DNA of 64,000 nucleotides from Escherichia coli (GTDB lineage Bacteria; Pseudomonadota; Gammaproteobacteria; Enterobacterales; Enterobacteriaceae): NCBI RefSeq assembly GCF_017348835.2, contig NZ_CP071375.1; one strand, 5' to 3'. Shown piece by piece: positions 58,382 to 64,000 of this stretch (position 1 is its first letter; each line of letters starts with the position of its first letter). The notes under the pieces were generated by a model. It saw only the letters and a program-made list of their open reading frames with translations, ran no database searches and was not told where the DNA came from. The position numbers and the translations under genes were made by a program.

Positions 58382-59296
58382 TTAATGAGCATAACGCGTG
58401 TTCTCATTAATGGATCGAATCATTGATTGTTTCGCTGAATTCAAATGGTTACGGAGCGCAAGGGTGGCATCAAGGTCACTGCGGCAAATCAGAGCGCTGA
58501 GAATGGTCATATGTTCATCGACGGCAATGATATTGCGCTGTTTAAGATCGCTTTCGTCCCATTGATAGTGAAAATGAAAGATGACTGAGATGATCTCAAG
58601 CGATTGATCAAAAAAGATATTGTCGGCAGCTGAAAGCAGTAAGGAGTGAAAATCTCTGTCAAGTTGCGAGAACATGCGAAAGCTATTGCCGATGTTGTCA
58701 CGCAGTAGCCGATGACGTTCGAGCATGGTTTTCGCCTGCAGCCAGCGGGGATCATGATCAGGCAGGTTGAGAAAGTGCTGAAGTGAATGTGTTTCGAGCA
58801 TTTCGCGTAGCTCAAACAGCTGCTCGGCGTAGGATTGATCGAATTGCTTCATGCTCCACTGGCCGCGCTTTTCGCTTTGAATAAGATTATAACGGCCGAA
58901 TTTTAAAAGATATTCTCTTACAACCACCGGGCTGACACCCGCGGCCCGAGCCAGTTGCAGTTCAGAAAAAGTTTCCCCAGGGCGTAACTGACGCTGGTTT
59001 ATCATCGTGAAAAAAGCCTGCTCAAACACTTTGTTTTGTTCACTCATTGAAGCGGTAGTACAGGCGAAACCGTCATCATGGTCAGGTTTACGCGCAATAA
59101 CATAGTCGTTTCCAACCTGCGTTAAGACGCCGCATTCGCGTAAGTGGCTGAGAATATGACGCACTGTAGTGCGGCTGATGTTGTACATTTCCGCCAGCGC
59201 ACTTTGCGATGGAAGTGGGGAAGGGATATGACCCCGCGCCATATCATCAATGACCTGGTTAATCACATTGTGGCGTAAATTTTGTGAACGACTCAT
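58382..59296 (-). CDS. lgoR: GntR/FadR-family regulator of L-galactonate catabolism
   Basis: 304-aa ORF with N-terminal GntR HTH; divergent from lgoD. Confidence 0.8.
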   Translation of the reverse strand: MSRSQNLRHNVINQVIDDMARGHIPSPLPSQSALAEMYNISRTTVRHILSHLRECGVLTQVGNDYVIARKPDHDDGFACTTASMSEQNKVFEQAFFTMINQRQLRPGETFSELQLARAAGVSPVVVREYLLKFGRYNLIQSEKRGQWSMKQFDQSYAEQLFELREMLETHSLQHFLNLPDHDPRWLQAKTMLERHRLLRDNIGNSFRMFSQLDRDFHSLLLSAADNIFFDQSLEIISVIFHFHYQWDESDLKQRNIIAVDEHMTILSALICRSDLDATLALRNHLNSAKQSMIRSINENTRYAH

Positions 59297-59434
59297 ATTT
59301 TCCTCCTTGTGAGTCCATTAAAACCCGATTTAAAACATTTTTATGCGTGTGTTTTCACAAAACAGATTTTCCGTTCCGCTGCCATTTTTCATTTTCATTG
59401 ATATCTAAGGCAACAAAAAATGGAGAGCCGAATC

Positions 59435-60457
59435 ATGTCTACGATGAATGTTTTAATTTGCCAGCAGCCGAAAGAATTAGTCTGGAAACAACGCGAGATA
59501 CCTATTCCGGGTGACAATGAAGCATTAATAAAAATTAAGTCTGTCGGGATTTGCGGTACCGATATTCATGCCTGGGGTGGAAATCAACCATTTTTTAGTT
59601 ATCCACGGGTTTTAGGCCATGAAATATGTGGGGAGATTGTTGGGCTGGGTAAAAATATTGCTGATCTTAAAAATGGTCAGCAAGTTGCTGTGATCCCTTA
59701 TGTTGCCTGTCAGCAATGCCCGGCGTGTAAAAGCGGGCGTACCAATTGCTGTGAAAAAATTTCAGTCATTGGCGTGCATCAGGATGGCGGTTTTAGTGAG
59801 TATTTGAGCGTGCCGGTGGCGAACATTTTGCCCGCAGACGGTATTGACCCACAGGCGGCAGCATTGATTGAACCTTTCGCTATTAGCGCTCATGCGGTGC
59901 GTCGCGCAGCCATTGCTCCCGGCGAGCAGGTGCTGGTGGTCGGGGCGGGGCCAATCGGTCTGGGTGCGGCGGCAATCGCTAAAGCCGATGGCGCACAGGT
60001 GGTGGTGGCGGATACCAGTCCGGCGCGCCGTGAACATGTGGCAACGCGTCTGGAGTTGCCCGTGCTGGACCCGTCAGCCGAAGATTTTGACGCGCAGCTG
60101 CGGGCGCAGTTTGGTGGTTCGCTGGCGCAGAAAGTGATCGACGCGACAGGTAATCAACATGCGATGAATAACACCGTGAATCTGATTCGTCACGGCGGCA
60201 CGGTGGTATTTGTCGGCCTGTTTAAAGGTGAGTTGCAGTTCTCCGATCCGGAATTCCATAAAAAAGAAACGACGATGATGGGCAGCCGCAACGCCACGCC
60301 GGAAGATTTTGCTAAAGTCGGTCGACTGATGGCGGAAGGAAAAATCACTGCTGACATGATGTTAACCCATCGCTATCCGTTCGCCACGCTGGCAGAAACC
60401 TACGAGCGCGATGTGATTAACAATCGTGAGTTGATTAAGGGTGTAATTACTTTCTGA
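59435..60457 (+). CDS. lgoD: L-galactonate 5-dehydrogenase (zinc-dependent MDR family)
   Basis: ORF 59420..60457; ATG 59435 gives 340 aa; GICGTDIH zinc-ADH motif and GAGPIGLG Rossmann motif. Confidence 0.8.
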   Translation: MSTMNVLICQQPKELVWKQREIPIPGDNEALIKIKSVGICGTDIHAWGGNQPFFSYPRVLGHEICGEIVGLGKNIADLKNGQQVAVIPYVACQQCPACKSGRTNCCEKISVIGVHQDGGFSEYLSVPVANILPADGIDPQAAALIEPFAISAHAVRRAAIAPGEQVLVVGAGPIGLGAAAIAKADGAQVVVADTSPARREHVATRLELPVLDPSAEDFDAQLRAQFGGSLAQKVIDATGNQHAMNNTVNLIRHGGTVVFVGLFKGELQFSDPEFHKKETTMMGSRNATPEDFAKVGRLMAEGKITADMMLTHRYPFATLAETYERDVINNRELIKGVITF

Positions 60458-60484
60458 TAAGGCGAGATTATTAAAGTTGCCATG

Positions 60485-60518
60485 CAGCGTCCGGGGAAGT
60501 GTTGGGCGCTGTTTTTTT
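60485..60518 (+). terminator. Putative rho-independent terminator of lgoD
   Basis: Short stem CAGCG...CGCTG followed by TTTTTTT (60512..60518). Confidence 0.45.
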
Positions 60519-60553
60519 GTTTCTTAATAATGTGTTGTAAGCCGTAGAAGGCG

Positions 60554-60580
60554 TGTAGGTCGCACCTTATGCGACCTACA
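60554..60580. repeat. Perfect 11-bp inverted repeat between lgoD and opgB
   Basis: TGTAGGTCGCA-CCTTA-TGCGACCTACA. Confidence 0.4.
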
Positions 60581-60593
60581 CATCAGTCAGGAA

Positions 60594-62885
60594 TTACCCT
60601 TCACGTTCTACCACTTTAATTTCTACCATGCCGATCCCGAGCTTACGCGGCGAGTGTCCGAGGATATTCCCTTCGTTGGTTGAGACAGGTTCCGGCGGCA
60701 CAATTACCAGTGTGTCGGCATCGGTTGGGTTATCGAAATGCAGTGTGGTGGTGGTCACTTCATTGCCCAGCACAAGAGTTTGTTCTTCATTGCCTACGCG
60801 TACCGGAATAGGACGGCTGGCGTTATTGCCGTATGCTTTGGCGGTAATCACCAGGTCAAATTTCTTCGGCAGCGGATGCTTGTACTCGATTTTTACTTCA
60901 TCGCCCAGCTGCGCGTTGGACCAGCGGCCCCACGACTCCGGACGGGAAATCCCGCTAAACTGTTTCACCTCTTCTGGCGCACCGGCGACGTTAAAGATGA
61001 AACTGTCGGCTTTGTAGCGAATATCGTTATCAACAATCTTCAGCGTATCGACATTGCCTTTGTAACGCGCCATGTCGATGACCGTATCTTTAAATGCCGT
61101 TTTGCCCTTCCACATTGTTTTATCAACATGCTGGACAATTTGCTGACCGCCAAGCTGCCCTTGCGAGACACACCAGTCGGTGGAGAGTGCCAGTTCCGGA
61201 GCCCAAAGTTGTGCCATCTTGTAGCAACGGTCAACCCAGACGAAATTGTCGCGTGGAGCGAAATCGGCCAGCTGGAAACGCAGCGGTGCTGAGTATTCAC
61301 TTTCCGGCAGCGGTTCCACGCGTTTGTCTGAAACCCGCAACAGCAGCGGCAAACGGAAATGGCTACCCGAGAAGGCAATCATGTTTTTCTGCTGGTCGAT
61401 GGTGAACTCTTTCATCTCTTTAGGGAATTTCCACAGGCGGATGATATCCGGCTTCCACGCCAATGTTTTCTCTTTGATATTGAGGAAGATTTCCGACATT
61501 GACTGCCCGGATAAACTGCTACGACCAAGTCCGAGATAGTTATCGCCACCGAGAATGTCCAGAACCGTCGCGCCGTTATCCATCGTGTTACGCTTCACCG
61601 CCAGCGTCTCTTGCTGCGGCTTGTCGCCACGGATGACAAAAAACAGGTTATTGCGATCCTGCTTATTGAGGTATTTCCACGCCGTGTTGTTCATCGCTAA
61701 ATGGTCAGAAGAGACGACGATGACAGTATCTTTAAACCACGGTGACGCTTTGATTTTGTTGATAAACGTCGCGATGTTCTCCTGGCTGCAACTTACCGCG
61801 CTGAATGACTGATTCGGCTTACCGTCAAAATCATATTTTTTGCGGTTACAGGTACGAGAGATAAAACCATCCGGGTGATGGGTATCTACTGTCAGGGTAA
61901 ACAGTGAGAATCGCTGACCAGAACGGGAAAGCTCTTCAAACTTTTTCCACGCTTCATCGAGAACGGTATCGTCGTAGAATCCCCAGTCGTTGCGATAGTG
62001 CGGGTCGGCTACCACGCTTTTCAGCTCTTCTGAGCCGTATAAGTGGTCGAAGCCATGCGACTTCAGGAACACATCTTTCCCGGCAAAACGCAGATTCGCG
62101 CCCTGCACGAAATAGTTCTGATAACCCGAGTTTTTCAGGATATCGCCCAGACAGATGTTCTGCGGGAAGAAGCTGGAGACAGAGGCGGAGGCGTTGCCTT
62201 CAAAGGGGGCAAACAGCGGTATGCCGCACTGAGAAGCCACCATGCCCGCAATCGTGTAATCTGTTCCCGGCAGCTGCTGCGTGTGGCTGAAATCTAGGCC
62301 TTCATTTTTCAACGCGCCCAGTTCAGGCGTGAGATCCGGGAAAGCCTCGTTATCAAAATAGGTCCGCTCGAGACTTTCGCCGTAGATATAAACCAGGTTG
62401 AGTTTCGGGTCAGGGATAGTTTTCGACGGCTCTTTATAATAAGCCGCAAAGTCCGGGTCGCCGTCGCGTGACTGGGATTTCACCAGTTCCGTTATCTGAC
62501 GAAATGCCGGGCTGGCGTCCACCGAACCCAGCGCCAGTAAGAGCGCCAGCAGGCTGTAACCAAAATGGTGCGGATGATGGCGACGACGGCGCAGGATCCA
62601 GCCCAGCGCACCGAACACCGCTGTCAGCCCCAGCACAATGCCGATACCCGGCAAAATGTATTTGCTGACGCCAGCACCGGTCAGGCTGTTGGTTAAGGTA
62701 TAGAGAACCGCGTCGTTAATACCATCGCCAGTAAAATAGTCGCTGGCAAACAGGGTGATATTTAAAACGACAAATAGCCCCAGCACCGTTAATGTGGCTG
62801 CAAACCACCAGGTGTTACGTCCCGCTTTCCATGCGTAAATCAGCACAGAGGCGAGAAAAAGGGCGAAAGAGAGTAGTTCTGACAA
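60594..62885 (-). CDS. opgB: Phosphoglycerol transferase I (OPG biosynthesis)
   Basis: 763-aa ORF with N-terminal TM segments and sulfatase-like domain. Confidence 0.9.
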   Translation of the reverse strand: MSELLSFALFLASVLIYAWKAGRNTWWFAATLTVLGLFVVLNITLFASDYFTGDGINDAVLYTLTNSLTGAGVSKYILPGIGIVLGLTAVFGALGWILRRRRHHPHHFGYSLLALLLALGSVDASPAFRQITELVKSQSRDGDPDFAAYYKEPSKTIPDPKLNLVYIYGESLERTYFDNEAFPDLTPELGALKNEGLDFSHTQQLPGTDYTIAGMVASQCGIPLFAPFEGNASASVSSFFPQNICLGDILKNSGYQNYFVQGANLRFAGKDVFLKSHGFDHLYGSEELKSVVADPHYRNDWGFYDDTVLDEAWKKFEELSRSGQRFSLFTLTVDTHHPDGFISRTCNRKKYDFDGKPNQSFSAVSCSQENIATFINKIKASPWFKDTVIVVSSDHLAMNNTAWKYLNKQDRNNLFFVIRGDKPQQETLAVKRNTMDNGATVLDILGGDNYLGLGRSSLSGQSMSEIFLNIKEKTLAWKPDIIRLWKFPKEMKEFTIDQQKNMIAFSGSHFRLPLLLRVSDKRVEPLPESEYSAPLRFQLADFAPRDNFVWVDRCYKMAQLWAPELALSTDWCVSQGQLGGQQIVQHVDKTMWKGKTAFKDTVIDMARYKGNVDTLKIVDNDIRYKADSFIFNVAGAPEEVKQFSGISRPESWGRWSNAQLGDEVKIEYKHPLPKKFDLVITAKAYGNNASRPIPVRVGNEEQTLVLGNEVTTTTLHFDNPTDADTLVIVPPEPVSTNEGNILGHSPRKLGIGMVEIKVVEREG

Positions 62886-63138
62886 CGGGCGATCCTCACT
62901 AAACCGGGCCGTTTAGCCAACGTTTAAGCTTTTTGAGAAGCACAATGTAATGGCGTCGCCATATTGCTGCAATTCTAGTGTCAAAAAAATGCGATGTTGT
63001 TAGGAATTAGTTTATAAACAGACTTTTTTGATAACGGTCACTTCCCGTGTAACAGGGGGAAAACCGTCCAGGAGCAGGGAAAAGGGCAGGAGAGAGCCGC
63101 GTCAGCCGGGTAACAGCTAAAACGCGGCGTTTCGCGGT

Positions 63139-63633
63139 TCAGGAAATGAAGTTCAGCCCCTGCTTTAACACCAGATCGCAGGCTTTGGTTTTCACCTTTT
63201 CTGCCAGCGGAGTTGTTCCGATGTTATCCAGATTGAGTTGCTGACCATCTTTGGTTTTCAGCAAACCCTGAATGCCGTCCAGATAGTTGGTGTCTTCTTT
63301 TTGCTCTTCACTGTTCAGGCCCAGCTTTTCCAGTACCTGATTCTTGATGTTTTCGGCATCGGTTACCGACGCCAGCTTTTGCTTCGCGCAGTATTGCAGA
63401 ATGCCTGCGGCATTGTTCATGTTATCTGCGCTTAAGGCCTGGTTTCCGCTGCTAAGCAAGTTAGTTAATGACGCGAGCGACCAACCGCCTTCCTGTGTCG
63501 TGCTGTTTTGGTTGCCAAGTTCGCTGGCGGCGCTGGAGAGCGCATCTTTCCAGGACGCAGCATGCACCCCGGTGGAAATTAATGCGCTGGCGGCAATGGC
63601 ACAGCACAGAAGATGTTTAACAGTTTTCATCAT
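63139..63633 (-). CDS. yjjA: Uncharacterised secreted protein YjjA (DUF2501)
   Basis: ORF 63139..63636; 164 aa from ATG 63633 with signal peptide (MKTVKHLLCCAIAASALISTGVHA). Confidence 0.75.
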   Translation of the reverse strand: MMKTVKHLLCCAIAASALISTGVHAASWKDALSSAASELGNQNSTTQEGGWSLASLTNLLSSGNQALSADNMNNAAGILQYCAKQKLASVTDAENIKNQVLEKLGLNSEEQKEDTNYLDGIQGLLKTKDGQQLNLDNIGTTPLAEKVKTKACDLVLKQGLNFIS

Positions 63634-63681
63634 CATTACTCAAGGTGGAATTGTGTCGCAGTATACCGCCAGAAACGGGGA

Positions 63682-64000
63682 TTAATACTCTTTACCTGTT
63701 ACCCGGCTACGGTAGCTATCCCAGTTGAAGATCACCCACAAACTGTTACCCAGGCGCATACGGTCCATCACGCGTTCGCCCAGCAACTTGGTCATCTCTT
63801 CCATATTACTGTTGGTCAGCATCCCGGTTGGGCGTTTGGAAGAAGAGCGGCGATCGACGATCTGGTTGATGATCACTTTTTCGTATTTCGATTCGGTCTG
63901 CACGCCGATCTCATCGATCACCAGCAGATCAACGTTGCTCAGATCGTTAAGCAGTTGTTCTTCGCTGGTACCGCTATTCCTGAAGGTATCTTTCATCGCC
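63682..64000 (-). CDS. dnaC: DNA replication protein DnaC (helicase loader), 3' portion; gene continues beyond the window
   Basis: Open frame to the window edge ending ...NWDSYRSRVTGKEY; track ORF 63682..63996 is a partial with an internal Met. Confidence 0.85.
   Translation of the reverse strand, partial: AMKDTFRNSGTSEEQLLNDLSNVDLLVIDEIGVQTESKYEKVIINQIVDRRSSSKRPTGMLTNSNMEEMTKLLGERVMDRMRLGNSLWVIFNWDSYRSRVTGKEY

Overview
This window reads as an Escherichia coli chromosomal segment that is not K-12: gene order and product lengths match the K-12 nanCMS - fim - gntP - uxuABR - yji - tsr - lgo - opgB - dnaC region, but it also carries a penicillin G acylase gene (pac) and the complete 4-hydroxyphenylacetate (hpa) catabolic cluster, an arrangement known from E. 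coli W/ATCC 11105-like strains. All calls are from reading the ORF track and sequence by eye; no database search was run. Layout: a strain-specific left edge (a truncated exported-protein gene and an HNH-nuclease gene), nanCMS, fimB/fimE, the fimS invertible switch, fimAICDFGH, gntP, uxuA-uxuB-uxuR, yjiC, iraD, hypT, iadA, yjiG/H, kptA, yjiJ/K/L/M/N, mdtM, rpnD, yjiR, yjiS, pac (at the locus where K-12 has mcrBC-hsdRMS-mrr), yjiA-yjiX-btsT, the hpa cluster (hpaC, hpaB, hpaA, hpaX, hpaI, hpaH, hpaF, hpaD, hpaE, hpaG, hpaR), tsr, lgoT/R/D, opgB, yjjA and the 3' end of dnaC. Most notable: (1) the HNH-domain protein at 1086..1736 with an uncharacterised N-terminal domain, the architecture of a modification-dependent (type IV) restriction nuclease and the best candidate for an undescribed system here; (2) the fim switch appears to be in the phase-OFF orientation and fimA carries a frameshift; (3) pac and yjiR are each split by a frameshift inside a simple repeat (G10 and (GA)6). 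Three frameshifts in 64 kb could equally be assembly error. No rRNA, tRNA, CRISPR array, IS element or prophage was recognised.
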